64,000 bases of DNA, taken from Dehalococcoidia bacterium. GTDB taxonomy: Bacteria; Chloroflexota; Dehalococcoidia; Plut-88900. Positions 28,738 to 37,791 of this stretch are shown here, one piece after another (position 1 is the first letter of the stretch; every line of letters starts with the position of its first letter). A program made the translations under genes and the position numbers. The notes beneath the pieces were generated by a model. It made no database searches, was not told the origin of the DNA, and saw only the letters and a list, made by a program, of their open reading frames with translations. The stretch is from positions 1,952,001 to 2,016,000 of the forward strand of contig OZ240215.1 of assembly GCA_965197585.1 (NCBI GenBank), read 5' to 3'.

Positions 28738-29985
28738 ATGAAAGACGGAATGAGGTTCGTGGATTGTGACATGCACATTATGGAGCCCCAGGACCTGTTC
28801 GACCGGTACCTGGACACCAAGTTCAAGGACCGAGTCTCTTCCATGGTCGGCGCGGACGGCGCCTCCCGGGCCAACTGGTACATCGACGGCATACACCCGT
28901 CCGAGGACACCGAGCTTTCCCAGTACCGCAAACCCATACGCCCCAACACCGCTGACACCTCCATCCTCGGCCCCTCTCTCGGCAACCTCACCAGCTCTCG
29001 CCTCATCGCGACGGGCCGCATGGATTTCGCCCTGGACCGCAAGTACAACGAGGAAGCCCAGGTCATGGCGATGGAGATGGAGGGGATCGATATCGCCGTC
29101 CTCTTCCCCACCTCGGGCCTCAACCTGCTGGCTCGAGACAACATGGACCCCCTACTCTCCTACGCCCTCTGCCGGGCCTATAACGACTGGCTTCACGAGT
29201 TCTGCCAGGCCAGCCCCGACCAACTGAAGTTCGCCGCCATGCTCCCGGTCCACGACGTAAACCTGGCTTGCCGTGAGCTGCTCAGGGCCGTCAACGAGCT
29301 CGGGGCGGTGGGATCATTCATACGGCCTAACCTGATCAACGGCCACTACTGGCACTCCAACTACTGGGACCCTCTCTACTCCCTCCATGAAGATCTGGAT
29401 GTCACCTGGGGATTCCACGAAGGCACCGGGCCCTGGTATTCCAACATGAACCGCCTCTACGGCGAGAACCGTTTCTACCGTCACGTGGCCAGCCACTGGA
29501 TTGAGATGCAGCAAGCCATGATCGCCCAACTCATCGGTGGTGTCTTCGAGTTCCACCCCAAGCTCCGGGTCGGTTATCTGGAAGCTCAGAACTCCTGGGT
29601 TCCCGGCATTTTGACCAGAATTGAATGGGACTACCCCAACTACAAAGAGACCCATGCCCCCTACCTGACCATGACTCCCAAGGAGTACTTTCTACGCAAC
29701 TGCTGGGCAGCAGTGGAGGGCTCGGAACCCGAGATTGAGCCAACGGCCAGCCTCATCGGGTCGGAGCACATGTGCATGTCCACCGACTACCCGCACTTCG
29801 ACTCCAACTTCCCCAATGTCTCCAACAATCTGCTCAACACCGTGTCCCGGGAGACGGCCAGGAACATCTTGTACGGCGGCGCTCTCCTCTACAACTTCTC
29901 CGAGGCAGACTTCGCCAAGGCCGGCACTGCCATGTCCAAATTCCAGGCACAACACGAGAAGGAGAGGGCTCCCGCTGTCGGGTAA
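28738..29985 (+). CDS. Amidohydrolase family protein
   Basis: VDCDMH, GFHE, LEAQ, STDYPH. Confidence 0.93.
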   Translation: MKDGMRFVDCDMHIMEPQDLFDRYLDTKFKDRVSSMVGADGASRANWYIDGIHPSEDTELSQYRKPIRPNTADTSILGPSLGNLTSSRLIATGRMDFALDRKYNEEAQVMAMEMEGIDIAVLFPTSGLNLLARDNMDPLLSYALCRAYNDWLHEFCQASPDQLKFAAMLPVHDVNLACRELLRAVNELGAVGSFIRPNLINGHYWHSNYWDPLYSLHEDLDVTWGFHEGTGPWYSNMNRLYGENRFYRHVASHWIEMQQAMIAQLIGGVFEFHPKLRVGYLEAQNSWVPGILTRIEWDYPNYKETHAPYLTMTPKEYFLRNCWAAVEGSEPEIEPTASLIGSEHMCMSTDYPHFDSNFPNVSNNLLNTVSRETARNILYGGALLYNFSEADFAKAGTAMSKFQAQHEKERAPAVG

Positions 29986-30012
29986 CCTCCCCCTTTCCTC
30001 CGGAAGTAAAGA

Positions 30013-30046
30013 AAGACCCGCCTCGCCGAGCGAGGCGGGTCTTTTG
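30013..30046. terminator. Intrinsic terminator between convergent genes
   Basis: aagacccgcctcgc-cga-gcgaggcgggtctttt. Confidence 0.75.
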
Positions 30047-30072
30047 CAACTCTTTCTATAAGAGATCGCTTG

Positions 30073-30429
30073 CTACAAGTAGGTTGTGTGCTTATCGGTA
30101 AACGCCTCGGTCACGGGGAAGAAGATCAGCAGCTTCGCGGGGCTCGTTCCTACCACCGTGAACCCGTGGTGCGCGTCCTTCGGGATGGCAATGGTCTGCA
30201 TCGGGAGAGCGCGGTGCGTTTCTCCGCTCAGTACGGCCTCAACCTCTCCCTCCAGTACGACTATCAGTTCATCAATATCATGGTGGTGGGGTGGGGCTCC
30301 CGCACCCGGGTCCACAATGTGATAATCGAAGGTCAGCTCGAACCCATCGTCGTATCCGGCCAGCCTTCTGCGCCGGTAGCCGGGTCTACGGGTCTCTTCG
30401 GCTGCACTCTCGTGGTCGATTATCGACAT
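30073..30429 (-). CDS. Cupin domain protein
   Basis: PPHHHDIDE..VLEG, IPKDAHHGF. Confidence 0.88.
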   Translation of the reverse strand: MSIIDHESAAEETRRPGYRRRRLAGYDDGFELTFDYHIVDPGAGAPPHHHDIDELIVVLEGEVEAVLSGETHRALPMQTIAIPKDAHHGFTVVGTSPAKLLIFFPVTEAFTDKHTTYL

Positions 30430-30451
30430 TCCAATCACCTTTCGTCGAGAA

Positions 30452-30958
30452 TTAGCCGCCGTAGAAGACTTTGTCTCCCAGGTCCTTCATCCAAAGCGTG
30501 GCGTCGTCGACCCGACCTTCTCCCAGGTCTCCCGGCGTACCGGCTTCGATCACTTCTCCGATGAAAATGGAGTGGTCGCCCTTCTCTATAGTGTCGGTCA
30601 GCTTGCATTCGACCCACGCGGGCGCGCTGTCGAGAATCGGTGCTCCCGAGCTTCCAGCCTGGAAGGACTCGCCGCCTATGGAGTTGCCGTCCCTTTCGTG
30701 GGACTTGAAGAAGTTGAAAGCCAGGCCCTGCTGGCCCTTCCCCAGTACGTTCAGGACGAAACTGCCGCTGTCTTTAACTATGGCGTGGGCGCCGGAGTCG
30801 GCCTTCACCCCAACTGCCACCAGTGGCGGCGCGAATGAGGCCTGAGTCACCCAGTTCACCGTAGCCGCGGCCACCGACCCATCCTTGCCCTCAGCCGTCA
30901 TTACATAGATCCCGTACGGGATCATTCTGAGCGCCTTTTTCTTTGCATCCTGGTCCAT
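30452..30958 (-). CDS. Flavin reductase family protein
   Basis: QASFAPPLV, GDHSIFIGEV. Confidence 0.92.
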   Translation of the reverse strand: MDQDAKKKALRMIPYGIYVMTAEGKDGSVAAATVNWVTQASFAPPLVAVGVKADSGAHAIVKDSGSFVLNVLGKGQQGLAFNFFKSHERDGNSIGGESFQAGSSGAPILDSAPAWVECKLTDTIEKGDHSIFIGEVIEAGTPGDLGEGRVDDATLWMKDLGDKVFYGG

Positions 30959-31067
30959 TGATTTCCTCCCAGTTGGTTACTTCAGTCGGTACCCGGCTGA
31001 GCCATTATATCAGTACGTTTGACACCCGTTTTCAGCGATGGGATACTCGCTCGAAGGGGGCACAACT

Positions 31068-32237
31068 ATGAAATACACCACTATTTCGGCGGACACGCAT
31101 ATCGACATCCCGTGGCTTCCGGCGGATTTGTTCACGTCCAACGCCCCAGATGAGTACACGTCCCACATGCCCCAGGTCGAGGAGACCGACCAAGGCTTGA
31201 TGTGGATGGTGGACGGGCAAGTGTTGGGGTCCGTTGCGGGGGCCGGCCTCAAAGACGCATGGGAGCCCTACGTTCCAGGACTGTCAAAGCACCTCGACGA
31301 AATGGCTGGCACGGAGTTCTTCACCGATGGGGAAAAGGGGCAATTCCACCCCACCACGCCCCACCTCCGCCTTCAAGACCAGGACTTGGACGGCGTACAG
31401 GCAGAGGTAATTTACGGCATCCTGGGCTTGGGCGGCGGGTTACCGGTCGGGGGCAATGATTACGGCATCACCGACGCCGACCGCACGGTTTTGATGTATG
31501 ACATCTACAACGAGTGGCTGGCCGGTTTTTGCAGCAGCAATCCCGACAGATTCGCCGGACTCGCCTGCCTCACCAGCCACGACCCGAAGGTAGCCGCAGA
31601 TCAACTGCGGAAAGCCGCCGAGATGGGACTTCGGGGCGCCGAACTGAACGTCAGTCAAGCCGTCAAACCCATCTACCACGAGGCTTGGGACCCCCTATGG
31701 GCCGTCTCAGAAGAGTGTCAAATGCCCGTTTCCTTCCACACTCTCGGCATACCCTACCGCAAGCCCGACCCCGAAGACCGGAAGAGGCTGGAGTGGGTAG
31801 ACTTTGGACTCACCTTGGTGATGTTTCAACTTTCCGGGGCAGAGTTCCTGGCAAGTATGACCTTCGGAGGCGCATGTGACCGGTACCCGGGGCTCAAGTA
31901 TGTTCTCGGAGAGTGCGGCATCGGGTGGATCCCCTACGTCCTCTACCGTATGGACGAGGAATACAAAGAGACTCTGTTCCACCTGAACCTGAGCATGGAG
32001 CCCAGCCAGCTGTGGCATCGGCAGGGTTACTCCACATTCCAGCACGAACGCCCAACCCAGGAGGTGGTGGACACAATCGGTGAGGAGAACGTGATGTGGG
32101 GCTCCGACTACCCTCACCATGATGGCGTCTGGCCCTACTCTCAGAGGGTGATAAAGGAAGACTTGGGACACCTCGAGCAGTCGGTGATTGACAAGATCAC
32201 TTGCCACAACGCGGCAAAGCTGTACCGGTTCAACTAA
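31068..32237 (+). CDS. Amidohydrolase family protein
   Basis: ISADTH, SFH, LGECGIGW, GSDYPH. Confidence 0.93.
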   Translation: MKYTTISADTHIDIPWLPADLFTSNAPDEYTSHMPQVEETDQGLMWMVDGQVLGSVAGAGLKDAWEPYVPGLSKHLDEMAGTEFFTDGEKGQFHPTTPHLRLQDQDLDGVQAEVIYGILGLGGGLPVGGNDYGITDADRTVLMYDIYNEWLAGFCSSNPDRFAGLACLTSHDPKVAADQLRKAAEMGLRGAELNVSQAVKPIYHEAWDPLWAVSEECQMPVSFHTLGIPYRKPDPEDRKRLEWVDFGLTLVMFQLSGAEFLASMTFGGACDRYPGLKYVLGECGIGWIPYVLYRMDEEYKETLFHLNLSMEPSQLWHRQGYSTFQHERPTQEVVDTIGEENVMWGSDYPHHDGVWPYSQRVIKEDLGHLEQSVIDKITCHNAAKLYRFN

Positions 32238-32335
32238 TCCTCCCTCTGCCCTCGGCGGGATATCCTCGTCCTGGAATTGAAGCAGCCTCAACACGTCTAG
32301 CTGCTATGGTCTTGACGCGTCGACATTCTTTTGCT

Positions 32336-32424
32336 CCACCCCTCCCCACCCCCCGAGGGGAGCCTGTCCGCCAAAGGCGGATCATTCCGAGGCCCTGCGC
32401 TGAAAGTCCGCTGGGGGGGGAAGG
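32336..32424. repeat. Composite REP-like element with internal TCCGCC-AAA-GGCGGA hairpin
   Basis: C-rich left arm, G-rich right arm, internal gtccgccaaaggcgga. Confidence 0.45.
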
Positions 32425-32483
32425 AATCTAGGACTTGCCCTCTCACACCCTTCCTAGCTTTTCCTCCTTTCCTCCTGGATAAC

Positions 32484-32524
32484 GATATATGGGCCATGCT
32501 GCTCTGCAACATGGCCCATATATC
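32484..32524. repeat. 19-bp inverted repeat (1 mismatch, 3-nt loop)
   Basis: gatatatgggccatgctgc-tct-gcaacatggcccatatatc. Confidence 0.85.
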
Positions 32525-32576
32525 AATAAAACAGGGCGGGTGGGCGGGACTCAACTTATCCCGGGGCCAGAGTCAT

Positions 32577-33386
32577 CCCCCCAAAAAGTGACACGAACCC
32601 ATTGACTGAATCAGGACATCTGTACTATTATCCCCCTCGACTAGCTCGTCACTCACCCTAAACACCAAGGAGGAACCAAAAACCCAGGGGGAAGCCCAGC
32701 CCTGGCCCCCGAGGACTCAACGCCCCAGCCCATCCCAACGGCCCTGCACACGGGACCCGCGGCACAAGCGAACGGCGCCATCTCCTCATCCCACCGGGTC
32801 CCGTGTCCCCTTCCCTACCCAGGCGATAGAAGGTCCATCGACTCAATACGGGCAGCCCCTCTCTCATCGAGACCCTGCCCTTTCGCGCCCTACCTGATGG
32901 GCGCACTGTTTAACCGGCATTGACTTCGCCGGTAACAGGTACGGCCCCACTTTGTCGGGCCTGGGGCCTCAGGGCCCTTGCGGGACTCCACCGTCGTAGT
33001 CATATACGATGGAAGCGGGTTCGCGCTCCCTCTTCACAGAGAGGTCGAGCGCTACGGGACTCCACCGTCGTAGTCATATACGACGGAAGCGGGTTCGCTC
33101 TTCCTCCTCATAAAGAGGTCGAGCGCCACTGGTAGACGGGTATGCGCCCCACGCCGAGACTCTCTCGGTCCGCCCCGGAACCAACTTGAAAACCTGTGGG
33201 GTTGCGCAGGCTGGCCTCCCGCCCCCTGTGCCCGAGTCCCGGACCTTCCATCGCCGACCCCCTCCCACCAGACAAACCGAAAACCCGAAACACGACAATC
33301 GAAGATGGAACATCCGCCTCAGGAGGATCCGCCTCAGGAGGACTGAAGAAAACCCCGGTGTGTCACTAACCTACCGAACGAGTACA
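32577..33386 (+). ncRNA. Large structured non-coding element, copy 2
   Basis: Promoter TTGACT(32602)-18-TATTAT; conserved 5'/3' blocks; stem 32822-32836/33241-33255. Confidence 0.7.
32981..33128 (+). repeat. Tandem 74-bp duplication inside copy 2
   Basis: cgggactccaccgtcgtagtcatatacga... begins at 32981 and again at 33055. Confidence 0.9.
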
Positions 33387-33696
33387 ACCCCTTGCCCTTC
33401 TCCCCTTCACTCCGCCTACAATCTCCCGTGAGCTTACGACTCCAATTACGCCCTTTCCTTCCATCCCATGGTTTGGGGGTGCGCAAAAATCTTTCCCGAA
33501 TCAATCAAACAGGCACGGATTCAATCTGAAACAATCAAACTTCGCAGGTTATGACAACAAGCATGCTCCATTCATCGTCCTCTCGGCATCCCAACCTCCT
33601 GAGCAATTGCCGGATATTGACTATACCAACCCATGTTCTTAACATAGCCAGTTAGAGAAGACGTGCGACACATTTGATGTGATTTAGGAGGAGCCG

Positions 33697-34857
33697 ATGG
33701 ACTACAACATTATTACCGCAGACACCCACATGGACGTCACCTGGCTGCCGGGCGACATGTTTGTCAAAGGCGCACCCGACGCCCTTAAGGACAAGATGCC
33801 CTATGTCAACAATAAGAACGGCAAACCCCAATGGGAGATCGAAGGAGAGTTCATGTGCTGGGTCGGGGGCGGGGGACTCACCGGAGCCTTTGGAGGCTAC
33901 GTGCCCGGCGAATCAAAACACCTGGACCGCATGGCCGAGGTGGGCTTCTTCGACGGCATCAAGGATGGTGTATACCACCCCTCAAACGCCGACCTCCGGG
34001 TCAAGGACCTGGACATAGACGGCCTGGACGCCGAGGTCATTTACGGGATCCTTGGCATCGGTGGAGGCGGCTTCTCCGGCCCCGGCTTCAAGGACCCCGA
34101 AGTCACCGCTACCATCTATGACGTCTACAACGAGTGGATTGCAGAATTCACGTCGACCGACCCCGGCCGGATGAAGGGTCTGGCCTGCCTCGCCAGCCAC
34201 GATCCCGCCAGAGCCGCCCAACAGCTCAGAAGAGCCGGCGAGCTGGGTCTTAGGGGCGCCGAGATCAACGTCGGCACTATGGTAAAACCCGTGTATCACA
34301 GGGACTGGGACCCCCTATGGGCCACTTCCGCTGAATACCAGATGCCTATCTCCTTCCACACCCTCGGTGTCCCCCATCGGACACCCGACGCCGCGGACGC
34401 AGAGGCCTACCGTTGGCTTAGCGTCTGCCTCAACTACACCCTATTCCAGCTCTCGGGGGCGGAGTTCCTGTGCAGCATCGTTCTCTCAGGCGCCTGTGAA
34501 CGCTACTCTGATTTCAACTTCGTCCTGGGTGAATGCGGCATCGGCTGGATCCCCTACGTCATCGAGCGCACCGACGAGGAGTACGACGACCGAGGATTCC
34601 ACATGGGCTATCCGATGAAGCCCAGCGAGTACTGGAGACGGCAGGGTCACTCCACCTTCCAGAACGAGTACGTATCCGTCGACCAGATCGAGCGAATCGG
34701 ACTCGACAACATCATGTGGGGCAACGACTATCCCCACCCCGACGGCGTATTCCCCGATTCGAAGAAGGCGCTGGATGACGGCCTAGGCCACCTGCCCGCA
34801 GACATCCGCAACAAGATAGTGTGCGAAAACGCCATTAAGGCCTATCGCTTTAACTAG
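33697..34857 (+). CDS. Amidohydrolase family protein
   Basis: ITADTH, SFH, LGECGIGW, GNDYPH. Confidence 0.93.
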   Translation: MDYNIITADTHMDVTWLPGDMFVKGAPDALKDKMPYVNNKNGKPQWEIEGEFMCWVGGGGLTGAFGGYVPGESKHLDRMAEVGFFDGIKDGVYHPSNADLRVKDLDIDGLDAEVIYGILGIGGGGFSGPGFKDPEVTATIYDVYNEWIAEFTSTDPGRMKGLACLASHDPARAAQQLRRAGELGLRGAEINVGTMVKPVYHRDWDPLWATSAEYQMPISFHTLGVPHRTPDAADAEAYRWLSVCLNYTLFQLSGAEFLCSIVLSGACERYSDFNFVLGECGIGWIPYVIERTDEEYDDRGFHMGYPMKPSEYWRRQGHSTFQNEYVSVDQIERIGLDNIMWGNDYPHPDGVFPDSKKALDDGLGHLPADIRNKIVCENAIKAYRFN

Positions 34858-34874
34858 TCCATTTCCCCAGAGGA

Positions 34875-35213
34875 TTGGGTAAAGTGGCCTACGACGAACG
34901 ATTGGCACAAAGTGTCCGCTTGGAACTGGCAGCCCAGGAGGGTGTGTCGGAAAAGCGGATGTTCGGCGGTCTGGCCTTTATGGTGCACGGGAACATGGCC
35001 TTGGCGGTCGACAAAGACAGGCTAATGGTTAGGGTGGGACCGGACCGGTATGAGGCCGCACTGAATATGCCCCACGCCGGCCCGATGGACATGACGGGCA
35101 GACCTATGAAGGGATTCGTGGTAGTGCAGCCGGATGGACTGGACAACAAAGAGGGCCTGGAGGACTGGGTTCAACAGGGGGTGGAGTTCGCACTTAGCCT
35201 GCCCCCAAAGTAA
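34875..35213 (+). CDS. TfoX/Sxy N-terminal domain protein
   Basis: EKRMFGGLAFMVHGNM, GRPMKGF, SLPPK end. Confidence 0.88.
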   Translation: MGKVAYDERLAQSVRLELAAQEGVSEKRMFGGLAFMVHGNMALAVDKDRLMVRVGPDRYEAALNMPHAGPMDMTGRPMKGFVVVQPDGLDNKEGLEDWVQQGVEFALSLPPK

Positions 35214-35251
35214 GCCCAACATCGCGCCCTATAAGAAGGATTGGAAAGACT

Positions 35252-36394
35252 ATGGAATACAGCGTTATCTCTGCTGACACCCACCTCGACCTCACCTGGC
35301 TTCCCGGCGACATGTTCGTCGAGGCCGCACCGGCTCATCTCAAGTCCCAGATGCCCTACACAACCGACGCGGGACCCGAGAAGCGCTGGATTGTTGAGAA
35401 AGAGGACATCGCACGCGCAGGCGGATTTATAGGCTACACTCCCGGTCACTCCAAGCACATGGACCGAATGGCCGAGGTCGGCTTCTATGACGGAGTTGCG
35501 GACGGCGTCTACCATCCCGCCGTAGCCGATCTCCGAGTCCAGGACCAGGACCTGGACGGCATTGACGCCGAGATCATCTACGGCATCCTCGGCATAGCCG
35601 GCGGCGGGTTCTCGGGCCCCGGGTTCCGAAACCCGGAGGTGACCACGGCCATCTACGACATCTACAACGAATGGGTTAGTGACTTCGCGAAGGCCTCCCC
35701 CCAGAGACTCGGGGCCCTGGCCTGCGTCATAAGCCACGATCCCGAAGTCGCAGCTAAGCAGTTGAGACGAGCGGCGAAACTGGGCCTGAAAGGCGCCGAG
35801 ATCAACGTCGCGAAAATGAGTTCACCCATGTACCAGAAGGATTGGGATGTGCTTTGGGCCGTAGCCGACGAATGCGACATGCCTATCTCTTTCCATACTC
35901 TCGGCATTCCCACACGCACACCTGAAGGGGAGTCGGCATCGGACTACGCTGTCGCCTATGACGGGGTTAGAGAATGCCTCTTCCAGCTGTCGGGGGCCGA
36001 GTTCCTGGTCAGCGCCGTCTTTTCTGGGGCCTGTATGCGCTACCCCAATTTCCAGTTCGTCCTCGGTGAGTGCGGTATCGGTTGGATCCCGTACGTCATT
36101 GAGCGAATGGATGCGGAATATGAAGACCGCTACCACCCCATAGGCCTTGAGATGGCTCCGACGGCCTACTGGCGTCGGCAGGGATTCTCCACCTTCCAGA
36201 ATGAATTCGTCTCCCAGGACCAGGTGGACAGGATTGGGGCCGAGTGCATCATGTGGGGTTCCGACTATCCCCACCGGGACGGCGTCTTCCCCGACTCCCG
36301 AAAGGTCATAACCGAAGGAATGGGCCACCTGGACGATGCTGTTACCCAGCAGATCGTCTGTGGCAACGCCGCACGTCTTTACAACTTCAACTGA
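35252..36394 (+). CDS. Amidohydrolase family protein
   Basis: Close paralog of 33697-34857. Confidence 0.93.
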   Translation: MEYSVISADTHLDLTWLPGDMFVEAAPAHLKSQMPYTTDAGPEKRWIVEKEDIARAGGFIGYTPGHSKHMDRMAEVGFYDGVADGVYHPAVADLRVQDQDLDGIDAEIIYGILGIAGGGFSGPGFRNPEVTTAIYDIYNEWVSDFAKASPQRLGALACVISHDPEVAAKQLRRAAKLGLKGAEINVAKMSSPMYQKDWDVLWAVADECDMPISFHTLGIPTRTPEGESASDYAVAYDGVRECLFQLSGAEFLVSAVFSGACMRYPNFQFVLGECGIGWIPYVIERMDAEYEDRYHPIGLEMAPTAYWRRQGFSTFQNEFVSQDQVDRIGAECIMWGSDYPHRDGVFPDSRKVITEGMGHLDDAVTQQIVCGNAARLYNFN

Positions 36395-36433
36395 CCAGGG
36401 CCCGGTCCGCGACCTGCGGCAACGAAAGCGGGG

Positions 36434-37429
36434 ATGGGAAGTATGACGGTAATGGACCGGTTCAGCGTGTTCGCCTTCGCCCTCGGCGATCCGCCTCCGG
36501 CCGCGTCCGAGTTGATTGCCGCCGCCAAACACGCCGACGCCCTCGGATTCCACTCCATATCGCTGCCCCATCACTTGACTCTGCCTGCCGCGCAGGTGTA
36601 CACGGGATTCCCGAGTCGGGACATCCTTGATCCGTTGGTCCTTCTGCCAGCGATGGCCGCGGTCACCAAGAACATCCTGGTAGGGACCAACTCGGCAATA
36701 GTACCGGTGCTGGCCCCATACGTGTGGGCAAGGTACTTTGCGACGCTCGATGTGATGTCAGGGGGGCGGGCGCTGGCGGGGATGGCTATGGGTTGGTTCG
36801 AGAAGGACTTCGCTGCAGCCAAGGCCAATCTCAAGAGAAGGGCCCGACACTTCGACGAAGCCCTCGGGCTGATACGCCGCCTGTGGACCGAACCTGCCGT
36901 CACCCACTCCGGCGAGACTTGCCAAATATCCGAGATGGAGCTTGAACCAAAGCCTATACAACAACCTCATCCTCCTATCTGGATTGGCGGGCATATGGCG
37001 TCCATAGAAAGGGCTTCGCGGCATGCGCAGTACCTGCTGCCGGCAAATCTCACCGTCGAAGAGATAAAGGAAACGTACCTCCCGCGTCTACAAGAACAGA
37101 ACGCCAAGTGGGGCACCGAGGCTGCGATTTGTTTAAGTGTTCGGGTCAATGTCGGGGACAGCCGAGGTGCGGACTCTGAGATGCTGCCGCGCATTGCCCG
37201 GCTGGTCTCATCGCGGAGATACCCGGTTAGCGACATCCACAAGATAGCCATCGCCGGATCTCCCCAGCACTGCGCCGAGAGGATTGAAGAATACCTGGAA
37301 GCCGGAATTTCCCACTTCCTCCTGGACTTCCAGTATCATGGCCTCACAAGGGTGGACTATTCGATGCGGCAGATGGACCTGTTTGTGTCGGAGGTCGTAC
37401 CCATACTTAGTGGGGAAATCTCTCCGTAA
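36434..37429 (+). CDS. LLM class (probably F420-dependent) oxidoreductase
   Basis: DPLVLL..MAAVT, ATLDVMSGGR, PKPIQQPHPPIWIGG. Confidence 0.9.
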   Translation: MGSMTVMDRFSVFAFALGDPPPAASELIAAAKHADALGFHSISLPHHLTLPAAQVYTGFPSRDILDPLVLLPAMAAVTKNILVGTNSAIVPVLAPYVWARYFATLDVMSGGRALAGMAMGWFEKDFAAAKANLKRRARHFDEALGLIRRLWTEPAVTHSGETCQISEMELEPKPIQQPHPPIWIGGHMASIERASRHAQYLLPANLTVEEIKETYLPRLQEQNAKWGTEAAICLSVRVNVGDSRGADSEMLPRIARLVSSRRYPVSDIHKIAIAGSPQHCAERIEEYLEAGISHFLLDFQYHGLTRVDYSMRQMDLFVSEVVPILSGEISP

Positions 37430-37432
37430 TTC

Positions 37433-37474
37433 GAACGTATGTTTATTGACCCGGTGATGCCGGGGGAATAGTGT
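37433..37474 (+). promoter_or_regulatory. LexA-type box GAAC-GTAT-GTTT abutting promoter TTGACC-17-TAGTGT
   Basis: Matches the Gram-positive/Chloroflexota GAAC-N4-GTTY SOS box. Confidence 0.55.
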
Positions 37475-37480
37475 TCCGTT

Positions 37481-37700
37481 CACTTATACGGGGCCGCTTT
37501 ACTTAGTAGCTTCCTTGCGGGAAGCCAAGGCAAATAGAGCAATGGGCATAGGGCCCTTCAAATGTCGGCTCCAAAGCGGGCATGTACCCGCACCGTGGTG
37601 GGGTACATGGGGTGTTCCGCCGCCCAGATCCCTTGCTCCTCACCAATGGAGCCCCGCGCCCCGAACAAACCTCCACTCAGCGTAAGCTAAAGAGGCTTTT
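37481..37700 (+). ncRNA. Candidate ~200-nt structured RNA or leader
   Basis: Nested stems cggggc/gccccg, gagcaatggg/cccttgctc, catgtaccc/gggtacatg; terminal cctc..gagg followed by ctttt. Confidence 0.5.
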
Positions 37701-37791
37701 ATCGCCCACGTAGAGCAAACGTTGCAGCCGATATTGAGCATTGGGGCAAGGGTCTCCGCCTCAGCATAGTTAGCCTAGCAAGGGAGACTCT

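Noticed and set aside
32981-33128. Possible CRISPR array
   Set aside because: Only two contiguous 74-bp units, no unique spacers, and no cas genes in the window.
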